Both the position numbers and the translations under genes were made by a program. The notes below the pieces were generated by a model. It saw only the letters and a program-made list of their open reading frames with translations, did no database searches and was not told the DNA's origin. Below are positions 1 to 10,203 of a DNA stretch of 20,000 nucleotides, one piece after another. Positions within the stretch are counted from its first letter, which is position 1; each line of letters begins with the position of its first letter. This DNA is from Folioceros fuciformis (lineage: Eukaryota), in assembly GCA_049999805.1 (NCBI GenBank), contig JBNGIO010006247.1, positions 286,751 to 306,750 on the forward strand. Reading direction: 5' to 3'.

Positions 1-3000
1 GACCCTAGTTGCCAATTTGCCCATGGCAGAGGTGGCGGAGCACTAGTCGGGGAAGGTACGTGATAGCCGGGGGCTGCAGAGCCTGCTTGCCAATTTGCCC
101 ATGGCTGAGCTTGCGGAGCAACGGCTGCGTTGCTCTGAGGAGCTACTTGATAGCTGGGCGCTACACAGCCTGTTTGCCAATTTGCCCATGGCTGAGCTCG
201 CGGAGCAACAGCCCCGTTGTTCTGAGAAGCATACAGGGGACCACCACCACTACCTTGGTAGTATGAAACCTGACAGGGCATTTGGTTGCCGGTGTGCGTG
301 GGAGCTGGTTGCCAGTGTGCCCATGGCTGAGGTTGCGCAGCAGCGGCCCCGTTATTCTGAGACGCAAATTGGGAAGCATTCCGAGCAGCGTCCGCTGAAT
401 TGCTGCCGGAATTGGGTGCAACTGGCCACTGCTGCAGGAATTTCAACAGGCTCGTCCTGATCAGGTCAGAAATGGCTCCCTTCTCAGAATCGTTGGAAGG
501 TTGTACTTGTTGGCTGCTCTGAGATTGCGGCCCTTCGACATTTTTGTCGTGCGAATTAGCCGGCCGAGGAGCACTGACGGCCAGAGTGTTTCCGCCAGGC
601 TGTGGGACACCACATGGAAGACCCTTGTTGCCAGCAGGGCTGTCACCCAATTGAGAGGACGGTCGATTCTGAGCGTTGGGAACCGAACCTGAAAGAACCT
701 GTGGATGAGGGCAAGGTTGATTCCAGTCGCATCCCTTCACATTTTCAACAATCACTGGCTCGGGGCCTGGTTTTCCAGCACCAGGGACTGATGCACTCAT
801 CTTGGCCATATGTTGATCATCTGTATGGGAAACCACACTTGGAACACTCTGTGGCTGGGATGTACATTGTGCAGGACGCTCTGGTGCGGGGCGTGGATGA
901 CCAGTATTGCCAGCAGACATGTCTGTGGTCTGGGGCCCAATCTGGCAGCCCACATCCGCAGCACCCGGTCGTTTGGAGCCTTGCTGTGGCGCCCCGCCTC
1001 TGTCAGCTAGCCTGTATCTCAGTTCCACGTTTCCTCCCGGTGGTGGCCGAGGTCCAGATTGTGCAGCAGGCGGTGATGGTGCAGCAGATCGTGGTGGTGG
1101 CGGAGGTGGTTGAGCAGCAGGTGGTGGTGGCGGAGGCTGTTGTGCAGCAGGTCGTGGTGGCGGCGGAGGTGGTTGTGCTGCAGGTCGTGGTGGTGCAGTG
1201 GATGGTGGTGGTGCCACAGATTGTGGTGCATTGTTTTGAAGACCATTGCCAGTGAGCCTCTCCCTTACGGTGGCCGGTTGTTGATTCGCTGTATGGCGCT
1301 CCATTTGTGTAGACAACGGTAGCTTTGGATCACATTGCACAGCAGAGGGTGGTGGCTTTGGCCCATCGAGTCCTGGTGTGGTGCGTGGAAGAACGTTACC
1401 AGCATGCCCGTCTACAATCTGGGGCCATTGGTGACTTCCAACGTGGCTGACCACATTTGTAGCAACCGGTGGCCGGGATACCAATTGTGTCGCAGGTTGT
1501 GGTGCACTGCCTGGGTGGACGTTGGCAGCAGGCCTGCCAGGTATCGAGGTTAGTGGTTGATTCCCAGGACGGCAATCCACATTTGCCGCAAAGGGTTGCT
1601 GGGTGCCGAAGATTGAGGCCGGTTGTTCAACGTTGCCAGCGGGCCTGCCTGCTATCTGAGGCCGTGGTTGATTCCCAGTATCGCAACCCACATTTGCAGC
1701 AAACGCTGGCTGAGGGCGGCATTGTGAAGCAGGTTGAAGGGCATTGCCATCAGAACTGTCTCTCGTCTGGGGCCACGTTTGATTCTTTGCATCATATACC
1801 GGTTGGGGGCCAGATTGTGCAGGAGGTTGTAGTGAGCCTGGAAGAACGTTGTCAGTAGACTTGTATGGTAACTGCGGCCGTGTTTGATTCCCATTCTGGC
1901 AGTTCCCGTGCGCATCAAACGGTGGCCGTGGTCCACATTGTGCGGCAATTCCTGGAAAACCGTTGCCTGCAGGCCTGTCTGTGATCTGGGGCCGTGGTTG
2001 ATTTCCAGTGTGGTAGTTCAAACTTGTAGCGAACGATTCCCGGGTGCCACAGTGTGCGGGAGGTTGTGGTCCAATTCCTGGATGAACATCAGCAGGCCTG
2101 TCTCGTTTCTGGAGCTGTGGTTGAAGTCCATTCCCAGTATGGTCGTCCACGTTTGCAGCAGAACGTGGCTGGCGTCCAGACTGTGTAGCAGGCTGCAGTG
2201 CAATGCCAGACAGCAAGTTGCCCCCAAGCCAGTCTATTATCTCGGTCATCCGTTGATTCTGATTCCCTGTGTGGCTGTCAAGATGTGTCGCAAGGGCTGG
2301 CTGGGAGCCAGACTGTGCGGCAGGCTGTGGTGCGCCGCCCAGAACAACGTTACCAGCCAGCGTGTTTCGCAGATGGGACCATGCCTCATTCCCAGCCTGG
2401 CAGCTCACTTTTTCAGCGAACGATCGCTGGGGCCCGGATTGTTTGCACCCATCCTCCATCTGGCCCCATGGTTGGCTCCCAACTCGCCAGTCCACATTTA
2501 AAGCCAGTTGCGGCTGCGGCCCGGTTTGTGCAGCTGCCGGTTGTAGTCCTCTGCCTGGAAGAAAATTGCCAGCAGGCCTTTCACTGGGGGGCCATGATGG
2601 ACCCTCATTGAGGGACTCCACATGTCCAGCAGCAGGTTGCGGTGCACTGCCTGGAATAACGTCACCAGGCTGCATCCTTCCCCTCTGCTGCCATAGTTGA
2701 ATCCCGTTACAGCGATTCACATTTGAAGCGGACGGTGGTTCCGGTGCTGCCTTCTGTAGAGCACAGCTTGGCAAACCGTCCCCATCAAGCCTGTCTCTCG
2801 AAAGGGGCCATGCCTGATTCACAACTGCGCAGTCTACATTCGCAGCAGCTGGTGGCAGGGAGCCCGGCTGCCCGCCAGATCGTGGTGCACTCCTTACAAG
2901 GGACCCATTGCTAGCAAACAAGTCTGTCATCTGGGGACGATGTCGTTTGCTATCAAAGCCATCCACTTCTCCAACACACTGTGGCAGAGGTGCAGATGGT

Positions 3001-4044
3001 GCAACGGGCTGCTGTGCACCCAACGGAAGATTCCTGCCCTCGCCTGCAGGAATGGGCGGCCTCTTCAAGCGCCAGTCCTGGGTGCGGGCTGTGGTGAGGG
3101 CCTGCAGAGATTGTAAGTCACCTTGATGCCTGCTGGTAAAAATGTCAGCAGACACATTTGGCGGCCGCCGCTTTGAAACACTCCCATGATCCTTCGTGTC
3201 AAAGTGGAGAGCAATAGCTGCACTTGATTCAGGCCCAGTACCCTGGGCTGCGAGGTAACTGCCTGTCTCCTGAGAGATCCATTTTCGTTTAGGAATCAGG
3301 GATCGCTGTTGGGAATTCTGCACGATACCCGTTGATGAAGGAATTCCAGTAATTCCATCTGAAGGTACACACAGGCCATAGTTAGTACTTCGAACAGGAG
3401 TACACAAAATCAGGGACCAAGAGCCCATCCCAGCCTTGCAAATAAAAAAAACCACTCACACTCACATAAAAACTGGGGTGCCTATTGGCCGATCCCTCCA
3501 TTCCCAGCCCTAGCTCTCATCCACTAGTTCTACACTGGTGGTACCTTAACCCTAAATAGAAAGACGCACGACCAAAATTTCCCTTCTCATGACACTTGAC
3601 AGACCCATCGTGTGAGCAGACTTCGGTTTCTCCCCAGCATCGCCACACACGGTTCAAGCAGAACCATATCATCATCGCCACAGCGCAAGCAGCAGGTTCA
3701 CCTTCCACTTCCATTTCAGCATCTAGGTTACAGGGAGGCCATTTATTTTGTCGTTGCGGCTGGCTCTGCGGCCGTTCTTCCTTGGCAACTTTAGAAAACA
3801 TTGCTTCAAACCAAAGCTTTTTCCACTGATAGAAATCATTGGCCTTCTTCAACTCATAGTCTTGGCGGTCATCAGAGAGGAAGGCGAAGTCGGGGTTGCC
3901 CTTATGCTTCCCCATGGCCATCTCCTCAAACTGTGGCCCGAGCTTTGCCACAAACGCAGCAAGGATGTCAATGTTCGTCAACGTCTTCGCATCCTTGGGT
4001 ACCGGGGGAGGCGGCGGCAGCAGAGACACGAAATTGTCCTCCAT
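1..4044 (-). CDS. SURP/SWAP-domain protein with a very long repetitive low-complexity region; 3'-partial (exon 1 4044..3702, exon 2 3358..<1)
   Basis: Exon 1 (ATG at 4044) encodes PPPPPVPKDAKTLTNIDILAAFVAKLGPQFEEMAMGKHKGNPDFAFL...FYQWKK, a typical SURP module. The donor GAAG|GTGAAC (3702/3701) and acceptor CCTTCAG|AT (3359/3358) are both phase 1 and give ...DAEMEVE-D-GIT..., similar to the DMEMEDDIT motif that follows SURP in plant SURP/CCCH proteins (from memory). My manual translation of 3358..1 found no stop (about 1119 codons). Confidence 0.85.
9..370 (-). repeat. Coding tandem repeat with four copies of PWA[N/H]WQ
   Basis: TTGCCAATTTGCCCATGGC or a variant occurs at 9, 87, 174 and 309, with in-frame spacings of 78, 87 and 135 nt. 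The minus-strand translation gives QPWAHWQ, QPWANWQ, QPWANWQ and LPWANWQ. Confidence 0.9.
600..2975 (-). repeat. Degenerate coding repeat array, about 18 units of ~30-50 aa (consensus approx. NVDCxxGNQPWPQxxDRPAGNVLPGxAPQPAAQSGPQPxFAA), with an embedded polyproline tract at ~1040-1215
   Basis: Manual translation gives units such as NVGCDTGNQPRPQIAGRPAGNVEQPASIFGTQQPFAA, NVDCRPGNQPLTSIPGRPAANVHPGSAPQPATQLVSRPPVAT and SLNYHTGNQPRPQITDRPAGNGFPGIAAQCGPRPPFDA. Recurrent + strand words include GGTTGATTCCCAG and CACATTTG. Confidence 0.85.
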
Positions 4045-4131
4045 TGTGGAGAACAATAGCCTCGGCCGGTCCTAATCCACCATATTATCACAAAAGTCCT
4101 TGGGGAGAACGATACATCGTTTTGTTTATGG

Positions 4132-4169
4132 TTAGGGTTTACTTTCTCAATCACCCATTCAAACCCTAA
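4132..4169. promoter_or_regulatory. Pair of telo-boxes (AAACCCTAA) in inverted orientation within a putative bidirectional promoter
   Basis: TTAGGGTTT at 4132-4140 and AAACCCTAA at 4161-4169, with a 20-bp spacer, between two divergent ATGs (4044 and 4291). Confidence 0.55.
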
Positions 4170-4290
4170 AACGGTGTAGCAGTAAACACCCACAACCCAT
4201 GAGTCCTGTTTCTATCTCCAGCTACCGTAACACCAGGTTAAGGAAGCTACAAACCAATCATGTGAACTAAGTAGCAGGACTCAACTCGCT

Positions 4291-4740
4291 ATGTCAACTC
4301 AGTATGGTGAGATTCAACGATGTGTGAACATGTTAGAGGCAGTTCATGATGCAAGCAAGGATGTCAAGACCTATAGAACCCATTGTCACAAAATTGCCGA
4401 GGTTGTAGCCTTATACACAAATATTATTGTATCAGCAAATGACATTCTTCCTCATATGAACGATGACTTGAACTGTGGAGACGTTGTTCACCCACTGAAC
4501 AATGCATTGGAGGATACATTGTCACTGCTTAGAAAATGTGCTCACATGGGACCATTCCAAAAAATGGTGGACAACGGTGACATCAAGAAAAGGCTAGAAC
4601 TCCTAGTTGGCTTACTTGAGAGAAGGTTTAGGGAGGTAGATAACTACATCAAACGCATAGGATTAGGAACATCACAAGACAACAAAATTGTTAAGCCCGA
4701 ACCTTCCACCAAAGAAAACACTACAACAGAAGAACCTTGA
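4291..4740 (+). CDS. Stand-alone MLKL-N-terminal/HeLo-like (MCAfunc-like) four-helix-bundle protein, 149 aa
   Basis: Intact ATG..TGA ORF with amphipathic helices. The segments VHDASKDVKTYRTHCHKIAEVV and LNNALEDTLSLLRKCAHMGPFQKMVDNGDIKKRLELLVGLL parallel the MLKL 4HB segments [22 protein letters not shown] and [41 protein letters not shown] (manual comparison from memory). Confidence 0.7.
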   Translation: MSTQYGEIQRCVNMLEAVHDASKDVKTYRTHCHKIAEVVALYTNIIVSANDILPHMNDDLNCGDVVHPLNNALEDTLSLLRKCAHMGPFQKMVDNGDIKKRLELLVGLLERRFREVDNYIKRIGLGTSQDNKIVKPEPSTKENTTTEEP

Positions 4741-5425
4741 TTATGCATTGAGCTGTTAAATACACGAAGCGGGTAGTTGTTCTCCTTCTCTAACCAGCAT
4801 AATCATGGGTATTTATCATTTTGATTAAATTATTTCTTCTTGTTTTGTCTCAATTTATATAATCATTTTTCTAACCTGTAAGTTATTTCAATGTGCAGAT
4901 GTATGTCAATGGCATAATTGTTGAACATGTGAGGTTTAAAATTATCAAGCTTTATAGCAATTTATCAAAAATAACTTGCTCACAATTGTGAAATATTTCC
5001 ATGTGCTGTCCCTTTTGCACCACCCACTAATTTGAAGATTTCTTTCTTGGTTGTGTTATTTTTATTTTTTATACATCACTGAATTAATAAGTGAACATGT
5101 CATGCATAAATAAAGAATTCTTTTTTCATAAGTCACTAGTTTCTCCAATATAGGATTACCATCATAAGCTATCATTTTTTCCACTTTAGTTAAGTATGTC
5201 ATGTATTTCAAGCAATGAATTTTATTGTTAGGTTTTCAAGTATATGAAATAAATCTTGCAAGAATAAAAATCTAAACCACAATTCAAATAACTCCATATC
5301 TTATGCATATGTACTCAATTTAAAGTTCAAAAATATTTTTATCATATTATTTAGTAATTTGAGAGCTTATTAATATTCTAAGTATATGGATAACTCTTAT
5401 ATTCTATTTAATCGGAGCAATAAAC

Positions 5426-6560
5426 TTAATTAATAAACATACAGTTACGGCACACAAGTGACTCCGGGACGCCATCGTAGACCCATATGGCATGACATAT
5501 TTTTGTACTTGTGTCCGTTATGTCATGCATGGATTCTGTGGCTGGTTTTAGAGCTCGGTTGGGCGGACAAGGCTGGGTTTGAAAGGAGGACATGACAGGT
5601 TGGTGGTTTATCTGGTGCTTGGGAATCAGCTGGTTTTCGACATAAGCAGAACTCAAATCAGACACCTCAGCAACATCTGGTTTCTGTCCTGGCAAGAATT
5701 TTGTCAGTCGGGGTCGGAGTGCTGCTGCAACATAGGGTTGCCAGGCTGCCGCTTCTTCATGTCTATGCGACGGGGTGTCGGGATAGGCAACGCTGGCCAG
5801 CTGAGGTTACTTATGGGGGTGCAAAGTTACCTGTGAAGTATGTGGTGGACGGTGGTGTTTGTTGGGCTTAGATGCAATGACAATTCTGCTGGGAGCAGGT
5901 TGGGGATAAGACTTCGGCGGTTGTTGGTTGTGCAGAGGAAAGATTGATGGAAAGTTGGGTGAAGCTGGAAGGGCTGGGCTGCCCTTGGGTGTTCCAGCGA
6001 CCTCACCGAATTCAGCAGGGACTGACACTGCTGGTCCGGAATGAGTCACAAGTGCCAGGGGCTGGCAGGGTGGAAAGGTCTGCTTCTCGTGTTGGCTTCA
6101 ACACGAATGAAGACAGCGATGTGAAGAGCAGGCATGGGTCCGATCACGATCATGGCGTAGCAAGGTTACGTCAAGGGTCAGGTGTGTCTGCAGCAGGTTA
6201 GGCATGATCTCTGGGAATGAAGGTCTGGAAATTGGTTTTCGGCCGGACCTGGTTCTTTTTACAGGTGCACTGAAACGAGTTGTGCTGGCCGCATGGCAGG
6301 GAATGGGATGCGCCATTTGAAGGTTCGCTCTCGAGGAGGTGTGGAGGTCGAGGGTGTGGTTGCTCTTCAAAGTGCTTTAGAGGCTCAGAGGCGCTTGAGC
6401 TTAATGGTGAATTTGAGTTCAGAAAGCTCAAGTCTACGAAGGCTGGACTGCTATGTTTACTGTGTAACGAAAAGCAGGGGATGATTTCGGGGAGGAGAAA
6501 CATGCACTTCTGAAAAGCAGCAGTGACCTGATTTTTTGGCAATCAGTCATTGTTGGCAAC
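5426..6560 (-). pseudogene. Possible decayed Pro/Ser/His-rich coding sequence of unknown identity
   Basis: GC-richer island within AT-rich DNA. Minus-strand ORFs 6049..5807 and 5695..5426 are in the same frame, separated by a single stop, and another fragment lies at 6542..6198. I recognise no domain. Confidence 0.3.
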
Positions 6561-7520
6561 CTCCACTGTTGCTGGGCAGCTGGACTTTACAAAGGGTACT
6601 TATGTTGTCGGAAGCAGCTCCTGGAGTGAAAGACCAGCCACAGGGCAGCAATGCAATCAGTGTATCATGTGTGTGTGTCACTGGCCAACGTGAGACGATA
6701 TTTTCTTGGTAGGCCAGGCCGAAGATTTACAAAACAGCCCATGTCAAGATCCTGACAATGTTACTGCTCAGCTTCTTGAGTCAGTGGCATTATTGTCAGC
6801 TCATGCCTTCCATAATTTCGTTTATCGGCCCTAGTCTGGTTGACAAGAGTCGGACAGAGTCAGGAACATGTGGGATGTGGCATGTTAGATCACCTTCAGT
6901 ACCAGCGGTGCATGGCTGTTGGCGGTGCTCCTCTTTTCAGTCACAAACCAAGTTTAATCCTGGAGACCTCATTGGCCACTAGTAAGGGCCTCTTGTGGAA
7001 TCTTTGATATGGATGAGCTTCAAGGATGGTGATGGATGGAAGTGGTACTATGTTTGACTCCATATTTGTTCTTTCCTTTTTATCGCCTGCAGTTCTTTTA
7101 TTTGGTATGAGAAACATGCTTGAGAGCCAAATGAGTGAAACAGAAATGGCTTTTGGAGCTCAGGTGAGCTATTCCTTGATTTTTCTAGCACACAATGGGT
7201 CTCTTGGTAAAACTTGCTTCCATGCGGTTGTTGTGTATGTCTTCTACTACAACTGGTTCCAAGACTACTTCTCTTAGATGCCATGTCGCAGATGTTGTGT
7301 ATGTTTTCTACTAAAACTAGTTTGAGCACTCTTGTGCCGGATGCCATGTTTATCAGAGTTTCAATAGTTGCACTTACACTACCACCATACTTTGGCTCAC
7401 CCTATTAGGGGCATCGGTAACCTACTTATGTTTAAACTTACTTTTTTGTTATAAAATTTTAAATAACTTTGATGAGGTAAGTAGCATTGTTTGAAATAAT
7501 TTGGTACACAATCCTAAGGT

Positions 7521-7568
7521 GTGATAGGAACACTAAGTTGTTTCGTGATAGGAACACTAAGTTGTTTC
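7521..7568. repeat. Perfect 24-bp tandem duplication
   Basis: GTGATAGGAACACTAAGTTGTTTC occurs twice in tandem. Confidence 0.95.
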
Positions 7569-7576
7569 AACTCATG

Positions 7577-7793
7577 AGGTGTAGGCTGCTCTTTTTCCAC
7601 ATAATCCCAAGGAATAAAATTAATATAGACTTTGTTTCACCTTTTTTGGTGTAAGTTGCCCCTTAATTACACAATGCCAAGAGCATGAAAGCAAAGAAGA
7701 TTTGTTTTACCTCTCATTAGGTGTAGGTAGCCCCTTCACTACACTCATCCCAAGGTGTAAAAGCAATGTAGATTTTTTTCACGTCATTAGGTG
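7577..7793. repeat. Degenerate ~70-bp tandem repeat, 3 copies
   Basis: AGGTGTAGG-like unit starts at 7577, 7647 and 7719, with a partial at 7789. Units share CCCAAGG..AAAGCAA..AGATTT..TTTCAC motifs. Confidence 0.7.
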
Positions 7794-8310
7794 CTTCCAA
7801 GAACAACTTAAATTTGTTAGTAATATGCTAGTATGACATGGCATGTTAATTGAAGATCATCACAATGGGCCACATGTGGAAACTTGCACAAACAACGCAA
7901 AATCCCTAAGCAATTGATGAAAAGTCATAGTGAGTTGAAGTTCATTCTATTTATGCATAGAGTGCATGTTAAGCTGTGTTTTGGTAGAATCATTCAAGTA
8001 ATGCAAGACCTTATAGATAGGGCCTCTCACATTAGTCCATTGTTCATTTGCATTTAACTTATACATCAAGTACCAACTTAGACTCCTTTAAGACTTTTAT
8101 CCACTCCCCTTCAATTTAGTTATGGGTATGTTGAAGAGTGCATGTGTTTGTTCTTGCATGGGACTCAAATCCACTAGCTTAAAGCAGTCTTAGATGTGCT
8201 AGACGAGCTCTTTTCTTTCAGTGGAAAGTTGACAAGCTCTTGTATTTGAGCAAGCAAACAAAAATCTTCAGTTGGTAAATCAAAGCATCTTTTGCAATTT
8301 TTTGCATAAC

Positions 8311-8690
8311 AAGGGCCAAGTATAGACCCAACGAGAATCTTGCAAGCTTGCAACACACACAAACCTTTAAAGTTGGTTACAAATCATGTGCCAAGCACAA
8401 GCCCAACTAGAATCTTGCAAGCTTGCAACACACACAAACCTTTAAAGTTGGTTGCAAATCATGTGCCAAGCACAAGCCCAACGAGANNNNNNNNNNTTCA
8501 AAGCTTGCAACACACACAAACCTTTAAAGTTGGTTGCAAATCAAAGGCCAAGCTTAGAGCCAAACAAGAATCTTGCAAGCTTATTACACACACAAAACTT
8601 TAAAGTTGGTTGTAAATGAAGGGCCAAACAAAGACCCAAGGAGAATCTTGCAAGCTTGTGATACACACAAAAGTTTAAAGTTGGTTGCAA
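8311..8690. repeat. 75-bp minisatellite, at least 5 copies, spanning a 10-N gap
   Basis: AGAATCTTGCAAGCTTGCAACACACACAAACCTTTAAAGTTGGTTGCAAATC... starts at 8334, 8409, ~8484, 8567 and 8642. Confidence 0.95.
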
Positions 8691-9415
8691 CTAGCTGGAA
8701 TGGACCAAATGACTTATGCTAAGAAGAAAAACAGATGACCCATCTCATACAAGACACCAGGGTCTGGGTGCCGGTCCTGGCCCGGTTGCAGTGCAATGCC
8801 GGTTGCCAGTTACGCAACTGGCAAAGCAGAGGTACTGGTCAGCTGAGCAAGGTGGGCGGAGATTGAAGGCAGGGAGGGCATAACGGAGGAGGGTTGTTAA
8901 CAGCGTTCCGACACGCCGTGAGGCGAGATTTGGTTGGGGGCGGCGAGGCGCATGCTGCCAAAAACGGCGTACAGTATGTATGTAGGCGCAGTCAGATACA
9001 TTTACATACATCAGATATGTCGGCGAAATCCGAGGGAGACGCGTATTGTAGACAAGTAGGGCAGTGAGGCAGAGAGGCCCCACCGACTGCAAGCCCGGGC
9101 CCTGGGGGCGGCGCGGGGCTGGAGTGGAGTGATCGATTGCGGGCCTCCTTCCCCGAAGCTGCGAGTGTGGGCCCGGGCTCACCGGCCGGTGCCGGTGCCG
9201 GTCTCGGTGTCCGTCCAGTCTCCACCTTCCCTTTTACGTACAGTACAGTATTCCCGTTCTCGCGGCACGGAACGGGGGTGTGAGGGCCGGGGCCAGGCGA
9301 TGCGCTCTGAATCCGTGGCGAATCCGGCGAATCTTGACCGCCGTAGCTGAGCGGCGCGTCTCCCGAGGCGCCGTGGCCCGGGCCCCGGGGCCCCAGCTTC
9401 GGCCGTGCCCGGGCC

Positions 9416-9451
9416 TGGCAGTGGCAGTGGCAGTGGCAGTGGCTGTGGTAG
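9416..9451. repeat. (TGGCAG)n microsatellite
   Basis: Four perfect and two imperfect hexamers. Confidence 0.85.
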
Positions 9452-9809
9452 TGTGACAGTGGCAGGCCCCTTCCTTTTGAGACGCGCGTCTCCATGAAAA
9501 ATGCCTCGTGTGGTTCCATGGGACCCTCCCGGCCCCGGCCCCGGCCCCGGCTGCTTTTCCGTTCGACGGCTCACAGCTCTCTCTTCAGGAGCGCAGGCGG
9601 AGGCGGAGGCGGAGGAGCAGGCAGCGCATGCAAGCTCCAGGCAAGGCATCGCGTAAAGGACCGGCTCCAACAAAAGCCCTTTAAGCTAATAGGTTATGAG
9701 ATGCGCGTCATGGTGACCGCCTCAAATGCGCAGCTCGCACTTTACCGAGATCCGGGAAACAAAAACTGTACAAAGGCCTGGAGACCTTACGTGCCGGCGA
9801 GCTCTGTAT

Positions 9810-9841
9810 GAAGGAAGGAAGGAAGGAAGAAAGGAAGGAAG
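9810..9841. repeat. (GAAG)n microsatellite
   Basis: GAAGGAAGGAAGGAAGGAAGAAAGGAAGGAAG. Confidence 0.9.
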
Positions 9842-10052
9842 ACAGGAAGAGCAGGCTCCGCCACCTTCGAGCCCTGCTTCACGTTCTACGAAACCGAAGG
9901 TGGGTTGCGGGATCCAGGCATGTTATTCTGGGGAGATTGTCCTGTCGGGGAATTTGGGCCCGAATTTTCAGTGGCTTTGGAATTCTTCCGTGTCGGGCAA
10001 ATACACATGTCAAGCACCGAGCCTCACACGAGAAAGGGGTGAAGAGGAGGGG

Positions 10053-10098
10053 CGGAACGGAACGTAACGGGACGGAACGGGACGGGACGGGACGGGAC
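10053..10098. repeat. (CGGAA/CGGGA)n pentamer microsatellite just before the 100-N gap
   Basis: CGGAACGGAACGTAACGGGACGGAACGGGACGGGACGGGACGGGAC. Confidence 0.9.
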
Positions 10099-10103
10099 CG
10101 GGG

Positions 10104-10203
10104 NNNNNNNNNNNNNNNNNNNNNNNNNNNNNNNNNNNNNNNNNNNNNNNNNNNNNNNNNNNNNNNNNNNNNNNNNNNNNNNNNNNNNNNNNNNNNNNNN
10201 NNN
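10104..10203. other. Assembly gap (100 N, true length unknown)
   Basis: Run of exactly 100 N. Confidence 0.99.

Noticed and set aside
9-3126. Many + strand ORFs (e.g. 602..1255 Val/Gln-rich, 1884..2501) and the His-rich minus-strand ORF 1019..1246
   Set aside because: They are antisense or alternate-frame shadows of the long repetitive minus-strand exon, whose frame is open throughout and splices to the SURP exon.
3517-3701. C-terminal part of the listed 179-aa ORF (GEPAACAVAMMIWF...)
   Set aside because: This is read-through into the intron. A good donor at 3701 and a phase-matched acceptor at 3359 explain the structure better.
8311-8690. CRISPR-like look (palindromic conserved part plus variable part)
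   Set aside because: The variable segments are homologous to each other, the context is eukaryotic and there are no cas genes. It is a minisatellite.
9560-9590. GCTCACAGCTCTCTCTTC, faintly like miR156/529-related sequence
   Set aside because: Too many mismatches, and no complementary arm forming a precursor nearby.
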